Source of the DNA: Serratia phage KpYy 1 41
Sequence record: NC_052991.1
Length of the DNA stretch: 54,417 nt
Strand: one strand, 5' to 3'
This document shows positions 27,239-37,022 of this stretch, piece after piece. Within the stretch, counting starts at the first letter, position 1; every line of letters begins with the position of its first letter. The notes under the pieces are model-generated. The model did not search any database. It was not told the origin of the DNA and was given only the letters and a program-made list of their open reading frames with translations. Both the position numbers and the translations under genes were made by a program.

Positions 27239-28927
27239 TTATGATAATGGTAAGGGCGTTGCAATCCTCCGATCGTCGAAAAACTTGAAGGTCAGAGAAA
27301 CTTGACTTACGCCCGCCGAGTCAGTCAACCGTTTTATTTCGATTCCGTCAACATCTAATCGCGCTACGGGGATATATCCGATGCGCCGGACGTCGTTTCT
27401 GGATGTCGCCGGGATGGACTGTGACAGGAATAGCCACTCTTCTTCCCCAACGATACGGCTCGAAATGATGGTGGTCGGGATTCTGGTACCGTCGTACAGT
27501 TCGACCATGATGTCACGTTTCGTTTCCTGCGTCCCGCCGATGTACTGAGTATAACCGCAGCGCCGGACTACGAGCGCGCCGTCGGCCGGGTTGATGTCGC
27601 GGGACAGAATGAAGTCATTCGTATCGAGCGGCAGGTGGAAAGTCTTGGTGCGGCCACGCAGCGCGAACAGGATCTGCCGGAACTGACGGTCAGCGGTGCG
27701 GCCGTGGATGGTGTACGACTTTTTCACGGTGCCGTAGTTCTGGTTCCCCGGGTCAACAATGACCACCGGGCCGGACTGGTTGTCGAAATTGTAGGTCAGA
27801 CGGTCAGACGTAATTTCGTTGGACGACCCCCAATCTTCCGGCATGACAAAGATGTGCAGCCCGGTACGGGTGTAGACCGGGAAGTCTGACCACGACGGCG
27901 TCAGGTCATAGTTCTCGGTGCAGAAGAACCGGACTTGGGTCTGTGACACGCTGTCAGTCATCTGCTGGCCGTTCATCGCCTCCCTGATCTGCGCGACGCG
28001 AACCGGATACAGACGCGTGCCTCGCGGCGTGTCCGACTGGAGGCCAAACGTCAGCGTCATATGCCCGGCGTCGATGTCCAGTCCGGCAATGATGTTCGTC
28101 TCATAGTCCCACGTCGTGCCTCGGTTGAACATGACCACGTCACCCACGTTGAAGTCCTTAACCCGGAACTGGCCGTAAATGTCCACCGACCCGGCAGGCG
28201 CATCGTTTTCCGTGGCCGTCATGTCATGCCACAAAGGCAGGAGTAGCGGCGACTGGCCGACGCCCGCGATAGTCGTATCGAGCAGCGTACGCTTTTCTTC
28301 CCAACGCAGGAACGTCGCTTCAAACGAGCGACGCGGGTGCAGGCGGATCGGGCGACGCTGTTCTGCGCCGGACTCGGAGATCATGACGTCAGTTTGCCAC
28401 TCGATGCGCTCGGTGACGCCATCTTTCCAGTTCGGCAGCGGCAGGAACACCGGGTACGTCAGGCGCACGTCGTCGGAGTACGGCGGCTTCGGCCCCAATG
28501 CTTTGTCCGGGATTGGCACGATGTCGGCGATGAAATCGTTGGCCCGGCTAACCTCGACGGTCTGGCCGTCAAGGATTAACTGGTAGGCCATGTACGCCGG
28601 GGTGTCGGCCGGGACGTTGGAGTAAATGCAGTCGAAGCGGTACACGCCGTCGGCCGAGATAGTAAACTCGCCGCTGTTCGGGTTGGTGCCGATGGCCGCA
28701 GACGCGACGACGGCGTGATCGATAGACAGGGTTCCGGAGTCATCGACATACATGATGGCCGTATACGTCCCGGCTTTCAACTTCATCCACTTCGCCATGT
28801 AGTACGTCTGGTTGGCCGCAGCCTGACCGAAGACGTCCTGAACGTAGAGCTGGTACGCCCCGTTAAGGGCGTCGTAGATTGCTTGGTTAAACTGTTCGCG
28901 CGCGGGGCGCAGTCCGCTCAAAGCCAT
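27239..28927 (-). CDS. minor tail / distal tail protein (562 aa)
   Basis: First gene after the tape measure. Confidence 0.45.
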   Translation of the reverse strand: MALSGLRPAREQFNQAIYDALNGAYQLYVQDVFGQAAANQTYYMAKWMKLKAGTYTAIMYVDDSGTLSIDHAVVASAAIGTNPNSGEFTISADGVYRFDCIYSNVPADTPAYMAYQLILDGQTVEVSRANDFIADIVPIPDKALGPKPPYSDDVRLTYPVFLPLPNWKDGVTERIEWQTDVMISESGAEQRRPIRLHPRRSFEATFLRWEEKRTLLDTTIAGVGQSPLLLPLWHDMTATENDAPAGSVDIYGQFRVKDFNVGDVVMFNRGTTWDYETNIIAGLDIDAGHMTLTFGLQSDTPRGTRLYPVRVAQIREAMNGQQMTDSVSQTQVRFFCTENYDLTPSWSDFPVYTRTGLHIFVMPEDWGSSNEITSDRLTYNFDNQSGPVVIVDPGNQNYGTVKKSYTIHGRTADRQFRQILFALRGRTKTFHLPLDTNDFILSRDINPADGALVVRRCGYTQYIGGTQETKRDIMVELYDGTRIPTTIISSRIVGEEEWLFLSQSIPATSRNDVRRIGYIPVARLDVDGIEIKRLTDSAGVSQVSLTFKFFDDRRIATPLPLS

Positions 28928-28932
28928 TGTTA

Positions 28933-31900
28933 TTATCCCACTAAGTTTTTCAACGTCGGTACGTTGCGTTGAAGAATCTGCATCACCGCCTTTTCTCCTT
29001 CCGGCGTGTTCATGGCTTCCGGTACTTTCGACCTGTCATCCACCAGCACGAAGCGAAGACCTTGTGGCGTCTGTGCCGTCTGGCCGCCGCCGCGCGACTG
29101 GTTAAGCACGTTATTCGGGTCGTCCTTCGACAGCACCTGCTCGCCTTTTTGCAGAATGGTCGGAACCTCGTCAGAACGCAAGCCCGGCAGACCGCCATCG
29201 TGGAAGCGCGGAGCATTCGCAAACATGGCCGGGCTGATACCACCCTTCATCTGCGTGCCGCCCGTTGTCTTGCTGCCGACGGTGCCGCCATTGTGTTTCG
29301 CCACGGTGCCGCCTAATGCAACGGCCGCCGAACCGATGCCGCCCCCCATAGAGGCCAACGCGTTGAGCGCCATCTGCTGCAAGATTGCCATTGCGATCTT
29401 CTGCAAGAAGTCCGCGAAGAAACGCGCCACGGTAACGCCGAGGTTTGAGAACGCATCGCCAATGCTTTGCGACCCGGCCACGACCAACGCCATTTCGTCA
29501 ACGATGGATGACAGCGCCGTGCTCATTCCGTCCAGCACGCCCTGAACGACAGTCGTGTCCATCGTCGTGAAGGTGCCTGTGACGTCCACCAGCCCGGCTT
29601 TGACGGATGCAATCTGCGCCATGATGCGGCTGAATTCTTCCGGCGACATCGTGTCTTTAATCTTCTGCGCGAAGGCATCAAGCTGCTCGGCCGACGACGC
29701 GATGCCCGTATTCATGTTCTGATACAAGGCTACCGTCTGCGCGACGGCTTCATTTTCGGAGATAACCCCGGCCTGCCGTTTGGCATTGATTTCGTCCAGC
29801 AGGTTTTTCTTCGTCTCCTGCTGCGAGTTTAACTGATCCTCAATGCGTTTCAGTTCTTCGAGTTTGGCCTGCGTGGTCGCGTATTCCAGATTGCGTTTGC
29901 GCAGGTCTTCGAACTGCCCGGCCAGATTTTGCCCGCCAGTCCCGAGTTTCTTCGACTTGGCGATCAGCTGATCGTACTGCGTATTGACGGCGGCCAGTTT
30001 AGCGGCCAGACGGTCGTCAAACGTGGCATTCGGGTCAATCTTAACTTCCTTCACGCCGACGGCCGCATTCAACTCGTTGTACTTGTTGATCAGCGCCTGT
30101 AATGCGTTTTCCTGTTTCTTGATGCCACCCGTCGTACGCTGCTGCGAATTGAACAGCGTCGTTTCTGCCTTCTTGCGCGCGGCTACAACGGCGTCGAGAC
30201 GTTTGGTAAGGGCATCACCCTCCGAGCCGCCGATCGACTTAGCGCGGGCGTACTGCGGCGCGAATTCCTCGTCGATAATGGCAAGGCGGCCGGACAGGCT
30301 TTTCCGCTGTTCCGCTTTACGCGACGCAACGTCCGCCTTCTTGGCCGCCTCTTCCATCTTGTTCAGTTCTTTCGTCAGGCCCGCAATTTCACGGCTGCGC
30401 TTCGTGACGCCTGTTCCCGGGTCTTGGGTAAACTGGAAGCCCTCGCCCTTCGTGATAGCGGCCATGTCGGCGGCCAGTTGGTTGACCTGCCCGCGAATCT
30501 TGTCAGTCGCATCGGCGTTCTTCGCGACCATTTCGTCGTTCAGTTTCACCCACTGCTTATTGACGTTATCCCAAATACGGCCAGTTGATTCGAGGAAGCC
30601 GCGCTGCTCTTTCGTCAGGTCATCACCAATGGACATGGCCCATTCGGACAGCCCTTGACCAACGCCCGGGATCAGTTTCAGGACATCCGCGATCCACTTA
30701 ATAATCGCCTGCGTGGTGTCAGCGAACATCGTGGTAATAGGGCGCAGCACCGACACCGCCAGATCGTACAGCAGCGCCGGGATGGATTCGACGACGGCCG
30801 CCAGTTGATTCCCGAGGTTCTTGAAGTCCCGGATGACCGCGTTGACCGCCTCGCGGAATGTCTGCGACTGGTCATACATGATGGCACCGATGTCATAGGC
30901 CAGTAGCGCCCACCCGACAATCGGGATTAACCGGGTCAGACCTTTCAGCGCCACGCCGAGAAGACCGATAGCCCCCTGCGCCGTGATCATTCTGGCCGCT
31001 ACACCTTCCAGTACCGTGATGATACCCGCGCCGATTTTCGACAGCGTACTGAACAGCGGCAGCAAGTTTTTGAGGCCGGAGATCATGCCGCCGATGAACT
31101 GCACCACTTTCAGCCCGGCCAGTACGCTTAACGCAGTGATCAGCGTGTCCACGTTCTCGATACACCACGTCACTGCGTCGGCCAACATGCTAAACGCTTC
31201 GCCGAGTTTAACGGCGGCCGCCCGGCCATCCTCGCTGTTCAGGAAGTCGGTGATCTTGTTAAGCATCTGCACGTACGCTTCGATAAAACCTGCGTCGGCC
31301 AATGCCAGTTGAAACGCGTTCATGGCGTTACGGGCGCGCGCTTCCATCGCATCGACACCTTTCTGCGCCGTAGCGAGTTGCGCGTCGATTGCTTTGGCCT
31401 GCTCGCGGGCGAAGTTGATAACCGCCTCGCCAGTGATCTCCCCGTTTTCCATCGCCTTCATCAGTTCGGCGGTGGTCATGTCCATGCCTTTTGCGAACAG
31501 CGCGAAAGCCGCCGGGAGACGTTCACCCAATTGGCCGCGCAGTTCTTCCGCATACACCTGACCCTTCGACAGCATCTGTTCCAGCGCGCGGAATACGCCT
31601 TCCATGTCATCTTGTGACAGATGGAATACACGGCCTGCTTTCGCTACGCTTTCGAAGATGAACTTTGAGTCCTGCAATGACAGGCCGACCGCCTTCGCGG
31701 ATACGGCGAATTTCGTGTACGACTGCGACAGGGTGGTGATGTCGATCCCGAGCGTGTTCGCCAGACCGACCATGTATTCCCACTCTTTGTTGATGGCCGC
31801 TTGGCTGTTACCCACCACGTTCGCAATCTTGACCATCGCCTGCTGACGGTTCTTGTACGCGTCGATCGCTCCGCCCGCCAGATTGATAGCCCCCTGAAAA

Positions 31901-33228
31901 CCGACATACGTGGTCGTCAGCGCCAGCACTTCCCCGCGAATACGTTGCAGGAAGGACAGCGTGGTACGGCCCTCGTCGCGGAACAGTGACCACGCCTTCG
32001 CCCCGTCGCGCGCCGCTTGGCTGTTACGGTTGGTCGCGGTTGACAGCGTGTTAAGCGCTGCGGCCGATTGTTGGCTGGTGGTGATCAGCCGGGCTTCCGC
32101 ATCGGACAGGTTACGCGTGTCCACCTGCGCAGCACGTAATGCGGCTTGGGTAGACCGGGCGGCCGTAGCCGTGTTTCGCATGGCCGTCGCGGCTGCGGAT
32201 AGCCGTTGTTGGGCGGCCTGCATCTGAATACCTAAAGCGCCCGTATCAGTTGTCGCGGTGCGCATCTGCTGTGCTAACTTGATGACGTCTTGTCGCGCTT
32301 GTTGGTATTCAGTGCGGGCGTTCCGAAGGGTTGCCACCTGCTGACGGTACAGGTCGATTTGCTGCGCCAGCGCCGAGACGGTTTTATTCGCCTCGTTGAG
32401 CATTCTTACTTTCTGAGCGACGTTCTCCACTTCCTTGCTATTGCGAGCCAGTTCTGCGGTAACGCCGTGTACCTGATTCTCAAGGCCGGACAGCGTGCGG
32501 CGCGCCGCTTCTGCCGGACTTACGATGGTCTGGATCTGCGTGCCTAGCGGCCCGAGTTGCCCGGTTGCCTGCTGCACCACGCGGCCGAGGGTTTGGTACC
32601 CGCGCGCCGTCGCCATCGCCTGATCTGCCTGCTGCTGCAATCCACGAATTACCTTCGCTTGTGCGGCGGCTGCGGCAGACGTTGAAATGATTTCGTCCTG
32701 ACGTTCGAGGACACGGTTAACCTGCGCTACGCTGGTGACGATACCCGCTTGGGCCGCCCCAACTTTCGACGTCTCGATCCCGTATCGTTCGAGGTCGCGG
32801 GTAGCCCGGTTGACACGTTCGGCCTGAGTCGCTTCCGCGCGGGTTGCGGCTTCGACCTGACGCGTCACCCGGGCCAGCGCCCGTTCCTGTTTCTGCGTAA
32901 CCTTCTCGGTGGAGTCGTAGGCTTTCTGGAGATCGGCCTGTTTCTGGCGGAGTCCTTCGGTCTTGGCCGTCGCCTCCGTCATGGCCTGATTCTGCCGTTT
33001 GAACACCTCGATCAGCGAGTTGAGTTTAAGCAGTTGGTTCCCGGCACTTTCCAGCTTTTTGTATGCGGCTTCCAGTTCACGCGTCGAGATTTCACCGCGC
33101 TCGGCTGCTTTACGCTGTTCGTCCTGCGCCTTCGCCATCTGCTCGATAGCATTGGTCACAGCCTTTAGGGGCTTCTGACTGTAGTCCCTCGCCCGGATTC
33201 GTAGCTCGACGTCTTTACTGTTAGCCAT
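28933..33228 (-). CDS. tail tape measure protein (1431 aa)
   Basis: Very long, Ala/Gln-rich and predicted helical, positioned between the chaperone pair and the minor tail genes. Confidence 0.85.
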   Translation of the reverse strand: MANSKDVELRIRARDYSQKPLKAVTNAIEQMAKAQDEQRKAAERGEISTRELEAAYKKLESAGNQLLKLNSLIEVFKRQNQAMTEATAKTEGLRQKQADLQKAYDSTEKVTQKQERALARVTRQVEAATRAEATQAERVNRATRDLERYGIETSKVGAAQAGIVTSVAQVNRVLERQDEIISTSAAAAAQAKVIRGLQQQADQAMATARGYQTLGRVVQQATGQLGPLGTQIQTIVSPAEAARRTLSGLENQVHGVTAELARNSKEVENVAQKVRMLNEANKTVSALAQQIDLYRQQVATLRNARTEYQQARQDVIKLAQQMRTATTDTGALGIQMQAAQQRLSAAATAMRNTATAARSTQAALRAAQVDTRNLSDAEARLITTSQQSAAALNTLSTATNRNSQAARDGAKAWSLFRDEGRTTLSFLQRIRGEVLALTTTYVGFQGAINLAGGAIDAYKNRQQAMVKIANVVGNSQAAINKEWEYMVGLANTLGIDITTLSQSYTKFAVSAKAVGLSLQDSKFIFESVAKAGRVFHLSQDDMEGVFRALEQMLSKGQVYAEELRGQLGERLPAAFALFAKGMDMTTAELMKAMENGEITGEAVINFAREQAKAIDAQLATAQKGVDAMEARARNAMNAFQLALADAGFIEAYVQMLNKITDFLNSEDGRAAAVKLGEAFSMLADAVTWCIENVDTLITALSVLAGLKVVQFIGGMISGLKNLLPLFSTLSKIGAGIITVLEGVAARMITAQGAIGLLGVALKGLTRLIPIVGWALLAYDIGAIMYDQSQTFREAVNAVIRDFKNLGNQLAAVVESIPALLYDLAVSVLRPITTMFADTTQAIIKWIADVLKLIPGVGQGLSEWAMSIGDDLTKEQRGFLESTGRIWDNVNKQWVKLNDEMVAKNADATDKIRGQVNQLAADMAAITKGEGFQFTQDPGTGVTKRSREIAGLTKELNKMEEAAKKADVASRKAEQRKSLSGRLAIIDEEFAPQYARAKSIGGSEGDALTKRLDAVVAARKKAETTLFNSQQRTTGGIKKQENALQALINKYNELNAAVGVKEVKIDPNATFDDRLAAKLAAVNTQYDQLIAKSKKLGTGGQNLAGQFEDLRKRNLEYATTQAKLEELKRIEDQLNSQQETKKNLLDEINAKRQAGVISENEAVAQTVALYQNMNTGIASSAEQLDAFAQKIKDTMSPEEFSRIMAQIASVKAGLVDVTGTFTTMDTTVVQGVLDGMSTALSSIVDEMALVVAGSQSIGDAFSNLGVTVARFFADFLQKIAMAILQQMALNALASMGGGIGSAAVALGGTVAKHNGGTVGSKTTGGTQMKGGISPAMFANAPRFHDGGLPGLRSDEVPTILQKGEQVLSKDDPNNVLNQSRGGGQTAQTPQGLRFVLVDDRSKVPEAMNTPEGEKAVMQILQRNVPTLKNLVG

Positions 33229-33430
33229 CAGATAATTCCTTGATTAGTTTTTTATACTCTTTCCCGCCTTTCTTGCCGTTGAGTACAGCGCCGATACAGG
33301 ACTGCATCAGTAAACTTTGGGTGACATAACCCGCGTTTACCCGGCGCTTCGCGATTTTCGTTTCTGACCACAAATATCCTAACGGGTAATGCCGGGCGGC
33401 CGGGTGTCCCTCGGACATGAGGAAGGACAC
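33221..33430 (-). other. T-like -1 frame extension of the tail assembly chaperone (putative G/GT programmed frameshift)
   Basis: This ORF lies in the -1 frame relative to the upstream chaperone gene. The -1 frame is open across the last 20 or more codons of that gene. The arrangement is canonical for the tape-measure chaperone. Confidence 0.45.
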
Positions 33431-33462
33431 CGTGGCACGAAGGTTATTGTGGAAGTCGAGAA

Positions 33463-33924
33463 CTATTTCGCGCTTTGACCGGGTTTCGACCCCGCCTCTT
33501 CGCCCTTCATCTTGCCGATCTGCTCCATTACCTGAGCGAACATCTTTTTTACTTCTTCAACGTCCGAGAACGTCAGACCAGCAATCTTTTTCAAGGCGTC
33601 GAACTGCACCAGAAGCGGCAGCGTCTGTACCTTTTCCAGTTCGGCTTCTTCGTCGGCGGCCAGCGCGATGACATGTGCCACCAGCCCCGGCGCGTCCGAT
33701 ACCAGCGACACGGCGAAGCGCCCCGTAGCGATGGCCGTCAGGTCTTCCCCGGCAGTCTTCTGGTACAGGTCGAACAGGCCATCAAGGTCGTGATAGTGGA
33801 CGCGGATGATTTTGGAAATGTCGTGGAAGGAAAGCCCACGGACGTTAAACGAGCCAGCCTTTTTACCGTGTCTGGCCGGGATGGTGATTTCTTCGATTTC
33901 TGGTGCGTAATCTGCTAATGACAT
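33463..33924 (-). CDS. tail assembly chaperone (G-like)
   Basis: 153 aa, acidic, located between the major tail protein and tape measure genes. Confidence 0.6.
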   Translation of the reverse strand: MSLADYAPEIEEITIPARHGKKAGSFNVRGLSFHDISKIIRVHYHDLDGLFDLYQKTAGEDLTAIATGRFAVSLVSDAPGLVAHVIALAADEEAELEKVQTLPLLVQFDALKKIAGLTFSDVEEVKKMFAQVMEQIGKMKGEEAGSKPGQSAK

Positions 33925-33977
33925 TTGACGGATCTCCTTTGCGCTAATCCGTCGTTAATGTAGCACATACTTGCAGA

Positions 33978-34010
33978 TAAAAGAAAAGCGCCCGAAGGCG
34001 CTTTATCAGT
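33978..34010 (-). terminator. rho-independent terminator after the major tail protein gene
   Basis: Hairpin AAGCGCC-ttcg-GGCGCTT with T-runs on both sides. Confidence 0.5.
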
Positions 34011-34020
34011 TTGGCATGTA

Positions 34021-35160
34021 TTACGAGAAGGTAATGGTACCCGTCGTGGCCGCTTTGCCATTCGCCAGCGTGGCGGTGACAGTCGCGGTACCAGCGGCGG
34101 CACGGTTGACGGTGGTGGTCGCCGTCCCGGTAGCCCCGGTCGTCGCGCTGTTAGGCGTAACGGTCGCACCGGAAACGGTGGTAAACGTCACTGCATCACC
34201 CTGAACGGCTGTGCCAGTGCCGTCACGGACAGTCACCGTACAAACGACACCTGCGCCACCGGATGCGGCCGAGGTCGATGCAGGCGAGATCTCGATGGTG
34301 CGTTGCGAGGTCGGGTCAACCGCTGCGGCCGCTTCGACGATGTCGATGTAGACGCGCTGCGTGATGTTGTTAAGCTGCATGGCCTTGAAGGTGAAGGACA
34401 TGACCTGCCAGTCGTCGCCTTTCAGTGCATAATCGCCGTCCGGCGCGATGGACACTTTCGGGAAGTAGTAGTTCTTGTTCAGACCCACCGGGTTATCGGA
34501 GATCATGCGCAGCGCGCCATACACCATGTTGGACTTGCCGATGACCAGCGTACGTTTCTGCGCATCAACGTCGTACTGAACCGCGATCTGCACGTTGCCC
34601 GCGAGGTCGGCTGAATCCGGCTCGATGTAGATGCGGCCAGCTTCCAGATCGATTTCGTAGTTACCAGCCGGGTTAACGACCGTGGCCCCCACGATAGAAG
34701 TGATGTCGCCTGTACCAACGGAAATCGCGATGGACGCGTCAGCCTTGACCATCTGGAAGTTAGTCACGCTGCGAACACCCGTCGGGTTATCGTCAGTGGT
34801 GCCGAGTTGATAGTAACGGCCGCGCATAATCGGGTTGAACACTTCTTTCGCGTCAGTCTGCTGCGTCTGAGTGGTGTTCGATACTTCACCGAGGAACCAC
34901 AGCGCGAGGTTATCCGCGTTGATGTTGTCACAGGTGAAGGTGCCGCCCTGAGACGCTTCCAGCAGGACGGACGCATCCATCACGCGCATACCGTGATCAG
35001 AAGAGTAGTGATCCAGCGTTTCGGAATCGGTGTTGATGGTGAATTCCGGCGTGTTACCGAAATACATTTCACCTGTCTTACGGTTAGTGCCGTCTTGGAA
35101 TCGGTCAAAGAAGACCGTTCCGCGACCTACCACGTAGTTATTCTGGTAGTTATCGTTCAT
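34021..35160 (-). CDS. major tail protein with C-terminal Ig-like domain
   Basis: 379 aa. The C-terminal roughly 90 aa are Thr/Ala/Gly-rich with a Big_2-like pattern (VTVRDGTGTAVQGDAVTFTT). It is followed by a terminator. Confidence 0.65.
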   Translation of the reverse strand: MNDNYQNNYVVGRGTVFFDRFQDGTNRKTGEMYFGNTPEFTINTDSETLDHYSSDHGMRVMDASVLLEASQGGTFTCDNINADNLALWFLGEVSNTTQTQQTDAKEVFNPIMRGRYYQLGTTDDNPTGVRSVTNFQMVKADASIAISVGTGDITSIVGATVVNPAGNYEIDLEAGRIYIEPDSADLAGNVQIAVQYDVDAQKRTLVIGKSNMVYGALRMISDNPVGLNKNYYFPKVSIAPDGDYALKGDDWQVMSFTFKAMQLNNITQRVYIDIVEAAAAVDPTSQRTIEISPASTSAASGGAGVVCTVTVRDGTGTAVQGDAVTFTTVSGATVTPNSATTGATGTATTTVNRAAAGTATVTATLANGKAATTGTITFS

Positions 35161-35173
35161 TCTGTTTCTCCTG

Positions 35174-35677
35174 TTAAGGATTCCTAATGTCCACTTTGAG
35201 TCCTACCCTAACAGGTAGGAAGAAAAACGCCGTATCGGACAAGCCGTCTTCTGGTGGTCTGACAACGGGCTGCGCGAGTGTGAGTTTAGCAATCTTCCCA
35301 CCCAAGCGGTAGAGGGCTGGGTACATCGGTTGCCCCTGCTCGTCCTTCGCCACCAGCATAGCCAGTCTTTTTTCCACCTCGGCCAGCAGTTCGTACGCCG
35401 GGTCGGTCGGGTTTCGCGGGTCATCTTTGACCCACCCCTGTACCAGCAGCACCCAATCGTCCTTGCGTACGGTCTGTTCCTCGTTGGCAAAGCTACCGTA
35501 GTCGGTGGCCTTCGCTTCGAGGATCGACACGATAGGCAGGCGGGCCGTGAAGTCCGCCCCAAATCGGTCGCGCCCGCGATACACTTTACCTTTCAGGTCA
35601 TAAGCGTATCCGTTTGCAATGGTGATCTGTTCAAGGTGCGCTGTCAATGCTTTAAGAATGTCAAGCCTTTGACTCAT
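35174..35677 (-). CDS. tail terminator (U-like)
   Basis: Immediately upstream of the major tail protein gene, with a size typical for this role. Confidence 0.4.
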   Translation of the reverse strand: MSQRLDILKALTAHLEQITIANGYAYDLKGKVYRGRDRFGADFTARLPIVSILEAKATDYGSFANEEQTVRKDDWVLLVQGWVKDDPRNPTDPAYELLAEVEKRLAMLVAKDEQGQPMYPALYRLGGKIAKLTLAQPVVRPPEDGLSDTAFFFLPVRVGLKVDIRNP

Positions 35678-36300
35678 TTAGACAGCCTCGCGAAATTACG
35701 GTGGAATTCTGCCGCTACCATGTCACCTATCTTCGGCGCGACCGTCTCGGACACTTCCGCGAAGACCTGATCTACCGACGGCCCGTAAAGCAATGCGACG
35801 CGGCCCGGTACGAGCCATGACTTGTGCTGCGAGCGTTTGTTAGATAAGGATTCCCCGGCGGAAAGCCGTACGGCCAGACCGATGTTATAGTTGTCCTCGG
35901 TAAGACTGGCCCCTTTGTTCAGGCGCACCAGAAACGCGTTTTTCAGGTAGGTGGTCTTACCCTTCTTCACGCGAACTTGTACGCCGCCGCCCCGTTTGCT
36001 ATTAGCGACCATCGCCCCGCCAGTAACGAAACGGGCGAGGCTGGTGGCGCGTTTACGCCCGGTAATGACGGCTTCGAGGTTGGTCTGAGTGGCGCGCTTA
36101 GTTAGCTTTAGGCGGTCTGCGTTGAGATAGCCGGATGGAAAGGCGATCTCGTCGGTCATCGACTTCTTGATAAGGGTCATGCCCTTGCCAGCAGCCACGC
36201 TATTAATCGCCATGCGGATCGAGTTGTTAGCGATTTCTGGTACCTGTTCCAGATACTCCTTCAACTCGTTGGAGCCAATCGCTAACACGTTAACAGGCAT
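35674..36300 (-). CDS. tail completion / head-tail joining protein (Z / HK97 gp10-like)
   Basis: Identified by its position in the lambda-like order E-FI-FII-Z-U-V. Confidence 0.4.
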   Translation of the reverse strand: MPVNVLAIGSNELKEYLEQVPEIANNSIRMAINSVAAGKGMTLIKKSMTDEIAFPSGYLNADRLKLTKRATQTNLEAVITGRKRATSLARFVTGGAMVANSKRGGGVQVRVKKGKTTYLKNAFLVRLNKGASLTEDNYNIGLAVRLSAGESLSNKRSQHKSWLVPGRVALLYGPSVDQVFAEVSETVAPKIGDMVAAEFHRNFARLSK

Positions 36301-36665
36301 CAGTCGGCCCTCGCCACCTGCCAGACGACTTCCACTGGCCCGACGATGGGTTCTTGCGTTTTGAGAACCAGACGGGCGTTCTCGTAGCCCTCGGCCGCCA
36401 TTATGATGCTATCGCCTTCGGACAGCACCACGCCTTTGACGGCCAGTTCTTCACGCGTGAAAATGATTCGCTCGACGCCCTCAACGATGTTCGCGTATCC
36501 GCCGTTTTCAAGATCGCCCATGATAGCGATTTTGTTGTGCCAGCGGACGCTAAGACCTTCGACGATGACGTCCTGCGAATAATTCTCGTAGCGAGCAGGT
36601 ACTGACAGGGACGCGTGTACGTCCCTGCGAGCCTTCGCTTTAATTGCTGCGAAGTTAGAAGCCAT
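36300..36665 (-). CDS. head-tail joining protein (FII-like)
   Basis: Position and size match, and the ATGA overlap shows tight coupling. Confidence 0.4.
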   Translation of the reverse strand: MASNFAAIKAKARRDVHASLSVPARYENYSQDVIVEGLSVRWHNKIAIMGDLENGGYANIVEGVERIIFTREELAVKGVVLSEGDSIIMAAEGYENARLVLKTQEPIVGPVEVVWQVARAD

Positions 36666-36667
36666 AA

Positions 36668-36961
36668 TTAGACTTCGTCTTCCGCGCCAGACTTTTTATC
36701 GTCTTTGGCGTTTTTCTTAGCACCGTCAGCCTTCTCGTCTTTTTTGGACGTTTCAGCTTTCGCCTGCTGCGCTGCGGCTTCCTGCGCTGCCTGATTTTCC
36801 ACGTCAACTTCCATCACCGGGCGGCCGATGGCATCCGGGTTGATTTTGTTGATGCTGTCCAGTTCGGCTTGTTTGAAATCGAAGATCTCGCCGATGGACG
36901 GTTTGATACGCGCGCCGTCGCGGTAAACGATGACGGTCTGGAGAACTTTACGTTTTGGCAT
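36668..36961 (-). CDS. head-tail module protein with Lys/Ala-rich acidic C-terminus ending AEDEV (FI position)
   Basis: First gene after the major capsid gene. The C-terminus KKSGAEDEV carries the shared DEV end. Confidence 0.4.
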   Translation of the reverse strand: MPKRKVLQTVIVYRDGARIKPSIGEIFDFKQAELDSINKINPDAIGRPVMEVDVENQAAQEAAAQQAKAETSKKDEKADGAKKNAKDDKKSGAEDEV

Positions 36962-37022
36962 GGCTCTTTCCTCAAAGCGACCCGCCCGGTACAGGCGGAT
37001 CGTAGGTTTGAATTACGGGTTA

